Of a stretch of DNA of 64,000 nucleotides, positions 27,980-42,935 are shown piece after piece. The translations under genes were made by a program, and so were the position numbers. The stretch covers positions 68,758,001 to 68,822,000 of the forward strand of contig OZ024743.1 of the NCBI GenBank assembly GCA_964016885.1, read 5' to 3'. Below the pieces are notes generated by a model. That model did not search any database. It was not told the origin of the DNA and saw only the letters and a list, made by a program, of their open reading frames with translations. The number at the start of each line of letters is the position of its first letter. The first letter of the stretch is position 1. Source of the stretch: Eledone cirrhosa (taxonomy: Eukaryota).

Positions 27980-28189
27980 ATATATATGTAATAATAACAA
28001 TATTTATACTTATATATGATTTATATATGATTATAAATATGGAGGGTAGTACTAAGCACTAGCCAAATGTTCTGAAGACTAGGATTTTAAATAACTGTTG
28101 AAAATATGGTCTACGCTCCTCTGAAACCAGACATTCGTCTGGAAGAAACAATTGTCAGCAATTAAATGTATTAAACTAAGATTTGATTG

Positions 28190-28575
<386 letters not shown>

Positions 28576-28792
28576 GCGCCACTTTATACAACAACAATGC
28601 TAATGTAAACTATTACTAACACTTCACCATCAATCCATATTACAATATTACTACCAACGCCACCACAACCAACATTATCACATTATTAGTAATTTCCACG
28701 GCGATGTTGTATAACTATCTACCATCATATATCATTGTATGTTTTTTCCTACGCATCACATGTACATCCTAGCGCATTTGCACATTAAATTC

Positions 28793-28886
<94 letters not shown>

Positions 28887-28887
28887 T

Positions 28888-28983
<96 letters not shown>

Positions 28984-29267
28984 GAGATAAACACAGATAT
29001 ATACATATGTGTTCAAATCGTAAGCGACCGGATTTTCTTGATTTAATATTTTAAATTGAGTCTGGCAAACCCTATTGTTTATAGTTAGTATTTTTTTCAC
29101 CCTAGCGAATCCGCTCCCTTATTATTTGAACACATATATGTGTATATCTGTGTTTATCTCTCTTTTATATTCAATTATATTACACGGCTCGGAAAAATCT
29201 CTTTCCTTGAGCTATTTAATTGTAAGAGTCTATTTTGAGCTTCTAACTCAACATATACCTTTGATAC

Positions 29268-29720
<453 letters not shown>

Positions 29721-30009
29721 TACCTAATTTATTGTGATTATCAAATGCTGATGTTGGCGGGTTCCTGCACCAGCTCCCGCAACTCTTGCACTTACTTTAG
29801 CCTCCTGAAATCCAATTCTCGTAAACGCGACTTGGATTTATCGACTTGCTTCTGTGGAACTCCACGATCGGATGATTGTCTTAATACTTGCAGCCGCTGA
29901 TTTCCATTCCAACAGTGCAACACTCGGCATCCAAACAATCAAGGGAATGTCGAAGATCACCTTCTGACGGTAATGACGTGATATTTGTTCTATCTCTAAA
30001 CCTATTGAC

Positions 30010-30145
30010 ATCAAATCCCACCTAGGTCAACGTTGCTTTTCTTTCTTCCGGGGTCGATGATATAAAATACAAGTCAAGTACTGTGGTTGATATATTCGAC
30101 ATCTACCGCCTGAATTGCGGGTCTTCAGCCACAATTTCGAACTAT
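30010..30145 (+). mobile_element. SINE 3' part with an (ATT)n tail
   Basis: tcaaatcccacctaggtcaacgttgcttttctttcttccggggtcgatgatataaatac. Confidence 0.6.
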
Positions 30146-30594
30146 TATTATTATCATCATTATTGTTGTTATTATTGTTGTTGTACAGTATTCGTTTCAA
30201 TTCAAGGTGTTCTTATCTAAGCCATCATATGTCAGAAATTCAGCAGTCAGTTGTTACGGTTATCGTGAACTCCCGTTAAATATTTTCAATTATTTCTTAG
30301 CCTTCATATTCACCACCTTCACACTAACTCCTACATATTCCCCACCACCGCATCCACTTCTACTCATTCCCCTACCGTCTCCACCTTTTCTAAGATCACC
30401 TCACATACCTTGCCCTCATACTCCAACATTTCAATTCACTCACTCCGTCTTTCAGTCGTTATCTCTCGATTGTTTGCCTTATCAACATTTCGCACAATTT
30501 TATGTCACTCACATATGACATTTACATTGAACTTACATCATCTTCTCATTTACTTTGCATACATTGTGGAATATATTATATGTATACATCCGTA

Positions 30595-30653
<59 letters not shown>

Positions 30654-30991
30654 TTTTACAGTCATACAGCCATACACATGTATATTATATGTCTATATAT
30701 TATAGCATATATATATATAATGTAATATATATAATATCATTATATACTATATCATTACATCATATATTTAGTTAGATTTGAAGAAATTGTTAGAGTGAAG
30801 GTTTTTATACAGACGTGGCAAGAAAAAGTGGGAAAAATCTGGTTGTCTACCTGTGGGGAGATGGCATATCTTTCGTAACAACTTTACTTGTTCCAGTGAG
30901 ATTGAATCTATATTTACTAAATAACAATACATTTCAAACACGTGCTATCTCTCGCTTTAACATGCAGACACTAATATATATATATATATAA

Positions 30992-31412
30992 TATATATAA
31001 GATCAAAAGATGGTTAAAAGAGATCCATGTATTTTATTATGCGCATTTCAAAAACAAATATCATCATGCAATAACATTTGTGTTTTCATCAGATAAAATA
31101 GGAAGTCATGATATGAAGGTTAAAAAACACTTGTGAATAGTGCAGTTTTAAATCAACATATGTTGATTTAAAACTGCACTATTCACAAGTGTTTTTTAAC
31201 CTTCATATCATGACTTCCTATTTTATCTGATGAAAACACAAATGTTATTGCATGATGATATTTGTTTTTGAAATGCACATAATAAAATACATGGAACTCT
31301 TTTAACCATCTTTGATCTTATATATTATGTATACTCCAGTCCTACAAATTGTAGAGTGCTTCTTATCCCATATCGGCATTGCTTTATTGCACTACAATAA
31401 AACTCACCTCCT
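30992..31412. mobile_element. Spacer-less palindromic copy of the tgcgca-HHR family; HHRs at 31030-31100(-) and 31219-31289(+)
   Basis: Near-perfect ~168-bp arms centred on aacat|atgtt at 31159/31160, then the family 3' tail. Confidence 0.85.
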
Positions 31413-31540
31413 ACATATATATATATACATATATCTACACATATATATATATATTGATATACTTCGGGAAGGTCATAATATTGCCAAGAATAATAACAGA
31501 ACAAACTCACTGTTTGGTTTGGTTTGGTTTTCGCTTCTGT

Positions 31541-31586
<46 letters not shown>

Positions 31587-31706
31587 ATATATAATATATA
31601 TATATATATATGATATATATAATAAAACATTTTATAAAGAACATTTGATGGTTACACTCTCCTAATGTACTGGTTACCTTACTGGGGGTACCCCCAATTA
31701 AACGCG

Positions 31707-31838
<132 letters not shown>

Positions 31839-31902
31839 CTCTCTCTCTCTCGCTCTCTCTCTTTCTCTCCCTCTCTCCCTCTCTCTCTCTATTTATATAT
31901 AT

Positions 31903-31936
<34 letters not shown>

Positions 31937-32406
31937 TATATCTATATATGTATGTGTGTGATGGTGTGTGTGCGTGTCTGTACTTGCGTTTCTGTGTGTG
32001 TGTGTGTGTGCGTGGTGTGTGTGTCACTTTAACCAATGCTGCCTCATCTATCTTCCTTTAAACAATACTCTATGGCATCCCTTTTTCAACCTCCTTTTCT
32101 AAAGATGGCTAATTAGATATAGCAAATATAGACTTTCATTTCTTTCCCCTTTGGTGACTTTCCTTTTTATTCTCATATTACCCCCCCCCCCCCCCCCCCA
32201 CTCCGTCCTATATCCTCATTTTACTATCGTTGTATAATTTGATGAAGGACTAACGTCCGAAACCATACAACTCTTTTCAAACTCTTTTCAAACATACATC
32301 TCTTTTAAAGCGTTGTAGTGGTGCTAATATACCAGTAGAACATTCGTTTTTCGTGTCGTCATTTCTTTGTATATCAATATGTGGTTGTATAGAACATATA
32401 TATATT

Positions 32407-32444
<38 letters not shown>

Positions 32445-32504
32445 CGTATCTATATATAAATTATAAATTACACAATAATCAAAACTATGTTCAAATCGTT
32501 TTAT

Positions 32505-32551
32505 TGCTGACAATCATTTCTTCCAAATTTTCGTTTGGATTCATCGGAGCA
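32505..32551 (-). ncRNA. Minimal type I HHR with a CCGATGA core; degenerate relative at 28114-28160(+)
   Basis: Reverse complement: tgct CCGATGA a tccaaa-cgaaaa-tttgga a GAAA tgattg TC agca; the relative has ccaga/tctgg and caattg TC agca. Confidence 0.6.
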
Positions 32552-33207
32552 CTAGCAAAGTTTGGACATAATTAACCTCCTATTCAACTGAACAATCACA
32601 TAGATTACATGGATATTAATGTTGTCTTCAACAGTTTCGTATTTACAGAGTGGAATGCATGCGACAGACATTACAAGTATAATAGTATAATAATTAAAGA
32701 GGCATTAAGGATTAAAAGTTACTCGTAAAACGATGACACTAGCAGTACATATGCAAGCGTGTAGAGAGAGAAAATGCGTTACGCATATACAGGACAGCTA
32801 GGTAGGAAACAAGCAATGGTACTAGGCATATATATTACAGTATGGCAAAGGTATCACATAAAATAACATAGGTTTACAAGTATATGAAGCAGGCAAAGAT
32901 GTTTGTGTATTAAGAGACTTGTAACTTATATTCCTGCTCTGTAAAGCATCTGCTGTATTTACATTGAGCTATTTTCCTTACTGGTAATAAGGTAGTAATG
33001 GGTTACTGACCTTTCCTGTTTATAGTTGTATCTATCTATCTAAGGCGAGTAAAATTCCCGAGATCCATGGACGAGTTCTCTCCAGCGGTTTCTGTCCCTC
33101 ATTATCGCTGCCATGTCCTGCGTCTCCAACATATGTTGATGCCCTAAGGATAGTTGTATATAGTGTATATATAACTATAAAAAAATATTATTATTATTAT
33201 TATATGG

Positions 33208-33255
<48 letters not shown>

Positions 33256-34186
33256 TCTATACACCCACATATTGATATATAAAGAAATGACGACAAGAAA
33301 AACGAATGCATTAATGATATATTAGCACCACTACAACGCTTTAATAGAGCTGTATGTTTATATATATGCGTGTGTGTATGTGTATGTGTGGTTGTCTGTC
33401 TACCCCTCTTTCTCTCCCTCTCTCTCTCTCTCTCTCTATAAATATAATATAGAGAGAGAGATAGAGATAGAGAGAGATAGGGGGGAGAAAGAGAGAAATA
33501 CAGACAACCACACACACACATACACACACATATATATATAACAGAGTGAGAGAAACTGTGGAGGAACGATGGTGGAGAAATGAGAAAGAGTGTGATAAAG
33601 ATATACAATGGAAAAGAGAAATAGCGTGAACGATCAACCTTATAGCTATCTATTAAGTGATGAATAACAAACCTTCCAAGATATAATGAGTAAATAATGG
33701 GGAAAGTACCTTAATATAGGAATTAACTGAGACTAAATTAGTCACTTGTTCTCTGGTTTATTTAAACATACAGCACAATATCTTTTAATAAGACCTATGA
33801 AATTTATGGCGGCGGGGAAATAAATTTATCTACTTGAAATGAGTTTAGAAATTTTGGCCTGCTGTCAGATTGAGGTAAATTAAATTGTAGTTACTGTTTT
33901 CTTTTTTTAGTTCAGAGGACTTTAAATAGCTGTAGAAAAGGAATAAAAGGTTCTATAAATAGTGGTTAAATTATGGTAGAAAAATAGAAATGTATTGTTG
34001 GGGTATATGTCTACATTTCATAATTACAACATAATATTCATTTAACGTTAAAATCTAAAGGTCATTTAAAGGTGAATGTAGGAAGAGGATTGCTATATCA
34101 CAAGATGTTTTTGCAGAAAGAGACTGCCTGTGTAGGGGCCGAAGGGTGCTTTTTTTCATGTGTTACTTATATATATACACACACAC

Positions 34187-34217
<31 letters not shown>

Positions 34218-34249
34218 CGTGTGTGTGTGTGTATGTATGTATGTATGTA

Positions 34250-35155
34250 AAGGGTAAACAGAAATAACAACACAATCGGTACAGTATATGGAAGGGATAT
34301 ATTAGGCTAACGCTTGATATAGCAGGAAGAGGGTATTAACGTTTCGGACGCTAGTTCTTCATAAGAAGAAAGAATGAGAAATAAGACAGATTGAGGGGAC
34401 GGGCGGGATGGAATTGGAAAAAATGTCTTTAGATAAAAATAACTGGTCCATTCATGTTGTAATCTGTTGCAAAACTGTTGGTCCTGGCGTTTTTTGTATG
34501 ATTTGTTTTTTAGAAAAGTAAAAGATGGAGCGCGTCTACCTGAAATAAAAAAAAAAAAACGTTTTGTAAAAAGAGTTATACTTGAGCACGTGCGTAGTCA
34601 TGCATTTGTGTGCGTGCGTGTGTGCGTGTATGTGAGTGTGTGTGTTATTATAAGTCCGTATGAAGCTAAGAAGATATGTGTGTGTATATGTGAATAAAAG
34701 AGTGTGTGTGCATGTAAGTACGAAGCTATGAGCAAAAGTATGTTAATATCAGGGTGTGTATGTGTGTATACAGAGCAGTGAAAGGAAAAGTGGAGTGAGC
34801 ATATATAGTCGGTGTGTATTAGTTGTAACAGAAGCTGCTAATGATCAATGGAAAGCGATAGGAATTTAGGGGTGTGATAATGGACGGGGTATTAGAAAAT
34901 TTGGGAGGTGAGTTGAGTCCAAGAGGGGTATAGGACCCAAGACGGTGAATCAGACTTTGTTCAGTCCTGGTGCGTGAGCCTATAAAAGGACACCTAGGAC
35001 AATATTCATACGAGTTATGTCAGTATTTTAACAGGACTTACTGTGCTGTGTGAGCTATGAGTGGTGTCGGTATAAGTGTGTTGCGTCACCATGTGATGTA
35101 ATATCCGACGAGTACATTACTGCGGCCATGTGGTTGCTTTGTCACATGTTTTTGT
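34250..35155 (-). mobile_element. PLE 3' remnant (GIY-YIG C-terminus, 3' UTR, degenerate HHR)
   Basis: Reverse complement of 34910-34970 reads RTEQSLIHRLGSYTPLGLNS (PLE ExxxIxxLGTxxPxGLN); terminal cttatga agaactagcgtcc GAAA cgt TA. Confidence 0.7.
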
Positions 35156-35164
35156 TAACTGATC

Positions 35165-35834
35165 CTCAATTCTAGGCCATCGAGCGATGGGCTCAGAGCA
35201 AGGAACCAACATAAATTGTCTGGCCTGGCTCGGGAAAACTCTGTCTGAAGCACAGGGAATAATCCATCAATGGTACAAAGATGAGACGAGGACGTATTAA
35301 CGGGTTTTCGACTGGCACAAATGATTCAAATAGGGATGCGAAGACATGGAAGATGGTCCCAACAGCGGAAGGCCTTCAACGAGCAGGTCTGAGGCCAACA
35401 TTGAGCACGAGAGGCACAAGGTGCGTGACTTCATCGGGTTAATGTTCAACTGATCATAAGTGAGTTGTGCATGATCTACGACTGCGTTTGGAAGATTATC
35501 AACGAAGGTTTGGGTGTCAGCTTAAAACACCCTGAGCATCCGACAGTTCCCAGGCGAGAAAAATGTTGACGTGCTCCAGCGAACTCACTTCTCATCAGGC
35601 ATGGCTATGTGTAATTATTCCCTTTTATCCAAACTCAAGTGAGTCATGAAGTGAACCGATTCATTGGATGTGGAAGCCATGTCGAGAGCCGTGACTATGA
35701 AGCCGCGAAGAATCCCAGGGGGAATCGTTCAAAGAGGGCATTGAGATGCGGCAGAGAAGGATGTAAAAGTGCGTTAGATGGATTTGAAATATTTTTTGCG
35801 ACCCCACTCCTTGATCTTTCTGGACACACCTGTA
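35165..35834 (+). mobile_element. Internally deleted mariner (Tc1/mariner) transposon remnant
   Basis: EQGTNINCLAWLGKTLSEA...RVFDWHK*FK*GCEDMEDGPNSGRPSTS; decayed YSPDLAPCD/FPKLK-like region; ends ctttctggacacacctg+TA. Confidence 0.75.
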
Positions 35835-36161
35835 TATATATATATATATGTTTGTGTGTTTGTGTGTGTATAAATATATATATATATATCAGTGATAATA
35901 AGTATTTATGCACACACACACATCTCTATTTCTCTCTCTCTATCTATCTCTTTCTCTCTCACTCTTTCTCTCCCCTCTCTGTATATATATATATATATAT
36001 ATAGTTTGGTTGACAATTATACTGATGAGCACAGACACTCAGATATATTGTCTTTGGTACGACATTATGGTTTTAGCTCAATGTAGAATAACTAGTATAC
36101 TACAGAGCCGTTATAAGTTTCGAAATAAACAAAGAGTGCTTAGAAATACGTTGTTTTATTT

Positions 36162-36206
36162 GCTAACAGTGTTTCATCCATACCCGAGGGCAGGAATCAT
36201 CAGAGC
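36162..36206 (-). ncRNA. Minimal type I HHR
   Basis: Reverse complement: gct CTGATGA ttcc tgccc-tc-gggta tgga t GAAA cactg TT agc. Confidence 0.75.
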
Positions 36207-37762
36207 CTATAAACAAAAGTATATCAAAGGTTGCAGGCTCCATAGAGCCTAGCCACCAGAACAAGGAAGAAGGACAAGTAGAGGGGGGGTACACAATACA
36301 TGATACATATAATATCATAAAAAATGACATCATGAAAAAATTACGTCAAAAGTTCATCACATAAATGGTGCAATAGATCATAAGAGGTTGAGAGAGTAGA
36401 CTACGGATCGGGTAGACTACGTCCCACATGATCGATCAAACCCCGGTAGGGTTTGAATCGACAACGGGTTTGCCCCTAGCGTCCCGGGGATATCTAATGA
36501 GTCCGCCCTCTATCACGCGAGCTGCCTCCCATACTTTTCATAAGCGCACAACGACTTCCCGCGTTCGTTTTTTGACAACCGTTAAGATTTACTAAGGAGA
36601 TGGTAAATATTGAAATTGTGGAATAAGAATTGTGCTGCAAATACGATGAATTATATAACAACATTAAAGGCAATTTGCGACAGTTGATATTGATTGCTAG
36701 CCGACCCAGGAGGGGTTACACCCGACTGTGAAAGGATTACAACCTCCAGATTCAGTGATCTCCACGAAAACTACGTGGTGGACATGTAAACAACATTGTT
36801 GTCATCTGTAGTTCTCGCCGTAAGTTTACTTTATCTTCTGCAGTACTTGAACACACCAGAAATTTACACTTTTTTTATAATAAGCTCGCCTATTAACCTA
36901 ACCATAACTGATTTTCCTTCACTCTGCCCTAGGTAATTCAATAGGAGGAGTTTTCTATATATATTTTCTACATACGCTTTCTGTCTACGAGACTAACTAG
37001 CTATTACGAATAACATTTACTGTAGTATATTTACATATGGTATTTTAGCCAGATGCAGACTAGGCCATACTGTGTATTTCACGTCGGACATTGGGGGTGC
37101 GTAACCGAACGTGAAGACTGTGAGAGATAGCAGATATTGCGGACCCGTTTTATTTCCACTTCCTTCATTGGAGTGCCAGCAGTGCATGTACTCCGCTTTA
37201 CCTCATTTCATTGTATTCTGTTTTGCATTTAAGGTGTTCGTTGCAGACTGCCTCTGTGGAAAAATCCACAATGCGTGTATTTGGAAACCTAGTATTATGT
37301 CGCCTAATACTTGGAACTAGAACCAATGGATAGAGGGTGGTGGTCGGATATGGAGAAATCAACCTATTACAAGGCGATACTACTGGAGTGCACCATTTTT
37401 CCTATAAACAATCCTGCACCACAGCTAACCAACTTTTCTGTTTACTGATTCCTGCTTACAAGCTTTCATACTCTGCCTGTAAATCATGTGCTTGCAATGC
37501 TTGTGAATTGATGTATCTGTGCTTGATTTGTTTTTTGATGATGCTGAATAACATCCTCATTCATTTCTTGCCCTCCTCTCTCAACCTCCTTAAGATCTAT
37601 TGCACCATCTATGTGATAAACCATTGACGTAATTTGTTATGATGTAATTTTTTGTGACACTATATGTATCATGTATTGTGTGCCCCCCTACTTGTCCTTC
37701 TTCCTTCTTCTGGTGGCTAGGCTCAATGGAGCCTGCAACCTTTGATATACTTTTGTTTATAG

Positions 37763-37807
37763 GTTCTGATGATTCCTGCTCTAGGGTATGGATGAAACAC
37801 TGTTAGC
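37763..37807 (+). ncRNA. Minimal type I HHR
   Basis: gtt CTGATGA ttcc tgctctagggta tgga t GAAA cactg TT agc. Confidence 0.7.
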
Positions 37808-38017
37808 AAATAAAACAATGTATTTCTAAGCACTCTTTGGTTATTCCTAAACTTATATATATATATATATAATATAAATATTTACAAATACACCAATTAA
37901 ACAAAGTCACAGGTATATATGTGTTTTTGCAACTTTTCATGATGTGGCTCAATGGAGAATTAATAAATAAATCGGAGCGAAATACTATAGAGTGAAGCAT
38001 GTCCAGAGAATTATTTG

Positions 38018-38116
<99 letters not shown>

Positions 38117-38695
38117 CATCTCTACTCCCAATCAGCATAATTAACCACACAAAAAAATCAATTAGACCAGGCAATAAGAATAAAGGGCATCTATGAAGAA
38201 ACAGTAAATAAATACGCTTCCGTGGTGTCTTCGCGTGCAACCACTATAGAATATTTATCCAACATTTCAACAGCACGTGGAAATTAATTAAATACACAGT
38301 CAACCATACATAATTAGGTAAAAATTAATGTTAGAAATGATTATATACATACCAGGACTAAATCACTAAATCCCAACACTTTGGTTTCGCTCACTTTTGA
38401 GATACCTTATTTAAGGTTCATACTCGAGTTTTAGAGCTATTCAGGGAATAAACTCACTAGGACATATTATTTTCTGAAGTGGCCCCCGCCAAACACGAAT
38501 TCAAAAGGTTGAGAACTGTGACGTGGTAGTGGTCAAGTCAGGAAGGGTGTGATTGGTTGTTTACGACGAGTGGGCTGGTTGCTAGAAAGCGCAGCCCAAT
38601 ATCGCCCAAACTTCTATCTCAACCTTATAGGTGATTATTAAATATATGATGTATATATATTATCAAATAATTCTCTGGACATGCTTTACTCTATA

Positions 38696-38737
<42 letters not shown>

Positions 38738-38799
38738 TTATAATGCTTCCATTTAATTTACGTACAATGCCAACACTTTTCGAGAAAGTCGATTAAACG

Positions 38800-38948
38800 G
38801 CCGCCAGTGCGTTACTGGTACCTTATGTTATCGAACCCGTAAAGATGTGAGGCAAAGCTAACCGCGATCTCAGAACGTAGAGGGCCGTGTGTCTATGACG
38901 GAAGACATGTTATCCAACGTGACACCGATACTGTCAATCTACCTCGGA
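38800..38948 (-). mobile_element. tRNA-derived SINE, degenerate (18084 family)
   Basis: ccagtgcgttactggtaccttatgttatcgaacccgtaaagatgtgaggcaaag. Confidence 0.65.
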
Positions 38949-39035
38949 TAATATTATTTAAATAATAATAACTGTTATAATTATTTACGTATATATATAT
39001 ATATATATTTATATATATACACACATATATATATG

Positions 39036-39134
<99 letters not shown>

Positions 39135-39138
39135 ACAC

Positions 39139-39169
<31 letters not shown>

Positions 39170-39215
39170 CATATACATATGTATGTGTGTGTGTGTGTCC
39201 GTGTGTATGTGTGTA

Positions 39216-39248
<33 letters not shown>

Positions 39249-39419
39249 ACGTCGTTTCTGTATTTGTTTTGCAAGATTTCTTATCAAATAAACAAACATC
39301 CGGTTACTAAACAAACCAACTGGAAGTTTATAATAAATTGAAGTGAAAACCAACAGGTGCGTTTTCATTGGCAGCGTAACCCTCCCAAACATAACAATAT
39401 ATATATGTATAAATGTGTG

Positions 39420-39451
<32 letters not shown>

Positions 39452-40513
39452 AAAGGTAAACAGAAATAACAAAGGTAACAAAACAAGCGGCAAAGTAAAT
39501 GGAAGAAATATATTAGTTTAATACTTGAAATAGAAGGAAGATAGTCTTAACGTGTTGGGCACTAGTCCTTCACCAGAAGATAGAGTTAGAATAGACAAAA
39601 ATAGAAGGCAGAGAGTGGTTAACGGAAGAAACGTGGAAAAGTGAGAAAAAATGCGTATTCAGTTGGCCATATTGGTGAGTGATTGGTCAAGTGGTATCTC
39701 CTGCGTTAGAGAGGTTTAGGAAAAGAGGTAATCAACGTATAGAGAGTATGTGTGTTGGTGTGCGTGTGTGCTTGTGTGTGCGTGGGAATGTGTGCTTGTA
39801 TGTTTGAAGGAATGCCTTGAACCGTGACAAGTTTGCTGTTGAGGGAGTGGGGATGCTGGAGTGTCCATATAAATGTAAAGGGTAAAGTAACAAAATATAC
39901 TTATTTTTTTCTTCGAAATCCCGACTTGACAGTTTCGCCGAACGGTATGCAGTCATGAGGCTATAGGATTTTCAAGAGAGCCCTCAATGGAAGGACGAAT
40001 TCTTGAACTGACTGCTATAAATGAAAATGTTTCAGGAGGTAGAATTATTACGTGGTATAACGATCACAAAAAGGTAGTAAACATTGGACGTCTGGTACGT
40101 AAAATATTTGCTGGAAGTAGCAGCCATTATTAAAACTTGTAATAACTGTATGTATGTACGATTGTATGTATGTAGTTATGTAGGAAGGCATTTATATAAC
40201 TCCGACATAAAACCTACAGCTCAGTAGTTACCGATGATGATGATCTTTTCTTCTTTTCGGGTTATAGCTACTGTCACTCAGAGAGTGGGATTGGCTCAGT
40301 GCAGTCTTTCCTCATTTCAAAAACAATCTTCACGCACAGGCATTGCACGAGAGCATTAATTGATAATCATTAAAAATGTTATGTCGTGCAATGGCCATAC
40401 ACAATAGCGAGAGGGCAGCCATCATATATATGTATATGCAGCGATTTTGCAGAATCCTTAGAACGTTGTATAAAATGGTGTGTAGTATTCTTTACGGGAC
40501 ACTGAACTTTAAG

Positions 40514-40583
40514 TTCAAAATGGTTCAGTGGAAAATATTCGCCTACCACGCCGGCGTCCAGGGTTCGGTTCCCGGCCGAGACA
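40514..40583 (+). pseudogene. tRNA-Gly-like pseudogene or SINE head
   Basis: tggttcagtggaaaatattcgcctaccacgccggcgtccagggttcggttcccggcc resembles tRNA-Gly(GCC) TGGTTCAGTGGTAGAATTCTCGCCTGCCACGCGGGAGGCCCGGGTTCGATTCCCGGCC; acceptor stem broken. Confidence 0.6.
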
Positions 40584-40672
40584 CGTTATTTTCCAAGGGC
40601 GTGTCCCAGCATCGCCTCAGCCAGATGGCTGGAACAGTCGTCACGGTCGTCAAAAAATACCAGTCCTCTACA

Positions 40673-40732
<60 letters not shown>

Positions 40733-40996
40733 TTCTTTCTTAATCTCTCTCTACCTCTCTCTCTCTAATTATCTCTATCCCTCTCTCTTTCTCTTTCTCT
40801 TACTCTCTCTCTCTGGCTGTCGCTCTCTCTCTACTATTCCCGGAGGTGTAGTTGTTCGCAAACCTGCACATGTATGGTCTCTGCAAGGTTTTTAAAAAAT
40901 GCCCAAAACACGCTGTATATCACTACTCCACAACTACGACTCCATCAGGAATTATGAGCCCCTGTGTACGTGTGTGTTTGTCTGTCTGTGTGCGTA

Positions 40997-41033
<37 letters not shown>

Positions 41034-41328
41034 GTGTGTGTGCGTGTGTGTGTGTGTGCGTGTGTGTGTGTTCATGTCTGCTAAGTGAGTGACATGATCA
41101 GAGAACCTGTATATAAAATATACCAATTACAGTATTCCTTTTAGTCATCGAAAACCACACGAAACCTGTTAACTTCACATAATATTTATCGTCTCTTTAT
41201 TGCTGTTAACGTTTTCGTCTCAAAGTTTAGCACATTTCCACAGCCAATCAGATATGTCATAGATTAAGTCGGTGATTTTCAGACGAACAATTTGACACAA
41301 AGAAATCAATGATGAATATATTGATATT

Positions 41329-41411
<83 letters not shown>

Positions 41412-41557
41412 GTGGTGGAACACTGTAAGGTAATATTCGTAGTGGTAGAGCACTCAGTCCATGGTTGAAGTGGTTACACAACAGTTAGTTCACCATACCG
41501 AGAACAATTGTTTGACCTTAGCGGATCCTCACCTCGGAATAGGCATGGTTATAGGAA

Positions 41558-41594
<37 letters not shown>

Positions 41595-41949
41595 TATAAT
41601 CAAGGTCTAGCAAATAGAGAAAATGATTTAAAATAAATTTAAAAAAATTACCAGTACTTACTATATGTGCCTTTACCGCGGTTTCATGCTCCAGAATAAA
41701 CGGAAAATCCAAGATGATTTACATTGATAAGGGAGCAATCTTCAGAGGGCTCTTCTCTCTCGGAGAATATAAAATTCCCGAGTTCAAATCAGAAACTGAC
41801 GCCATACAAAACCATTCCGAAATGAGAGCGAATGATGGAAGAAATAATGTTGTCTGGTGCCGTGTGCAAAGACAAAAGGCAGGGTGGACAGGTCAATGTC
41901 CTGCCACTAGAAATAGTAGCAGTCCAAACGGCCAAAATTGCATCTCTAC

Positions 41950-41994
<45 letters not shown>

Positions 41995-42004
41995 TATATA
42001 TAAA

Positions 42005-42440
<436 letters not shown>

Positions 42441-42457
42441 TATATATATATATATAT

Positions 42458-42705
42458 TTGTTTCGCGAGGTTTTGATATGAAATCGTGTGTCTAAACAAC
42501 TATTGTTAAACTTGGGGAGGGTCATATTCTTGTAATAATATTGCCAGATATAATAACAGATCACACTCAATGTTCGGTTGGTTTTCGCTTCTGTATATTT
42601 TATATCTCCACAGTTAAATCATTCGGTCCTCAATGTTTACCATTGACTGACCAACGGTCAAAAATACAGATATAATATAGATATAACCACATATATATAG
42701 TCTAA
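42458..42705 (-). mobile_element. Solo 3'-terminal (pLTR) fragment related to the 47571-51091 PLE; others at 31455-31523, 58752-59052, 51353-51730 and 39250-39400
   Basis: Shared ttggggagggtcat...ataacaga-cacactca...ggttttcgcttct. Confidence 0.8.
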
Positions 42706-42740
42706 CATATATATATATATATATGTACATATATATATGG

Positions 42741-42788
42741 CTTCTACAGGACTAGAACTGTTTCATTCGAAGGAAATCATCAGGAAAG
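42741..42788 (-). ncRNA. Type I HHR; family copy at 59187-59239 and a decayed copy at ~9510-9550
   Basis: Reverse complement: ctttc CTGATGA t ttc-cttc-gaa t GAAA cag-ttctagtc-ctg TA gaag. Confidence 0.75.
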
Positions 42789-42935
42789 TCGACTTTAAAT
42801 TTGATATGGTGGTATTTATACATTTTCTGGTGTTAGAGGAAGGTGGTAATTGGGATGCGTGGAGGGCATTGGCTGATGGATTTAACGAATGGGGATTCTT
42901 TGAAAACATATATTTACAGAATAATACATTCTTCT

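Larger units (their letters stand above)
36120..37850. mobile_element. PLE-type element with ~270-bp inverted arms, outward HHRs and a 1.2-kb decayed spacer
   Basis: Arms 36120-36395 and 37575-37850. Confidence 0.75.

Noticed and set aside
40514-40583. Functional tRNA-Gly gene
   Set aside because: Acceptor stem and D/T loops are mutated; pseudogene or SINE head
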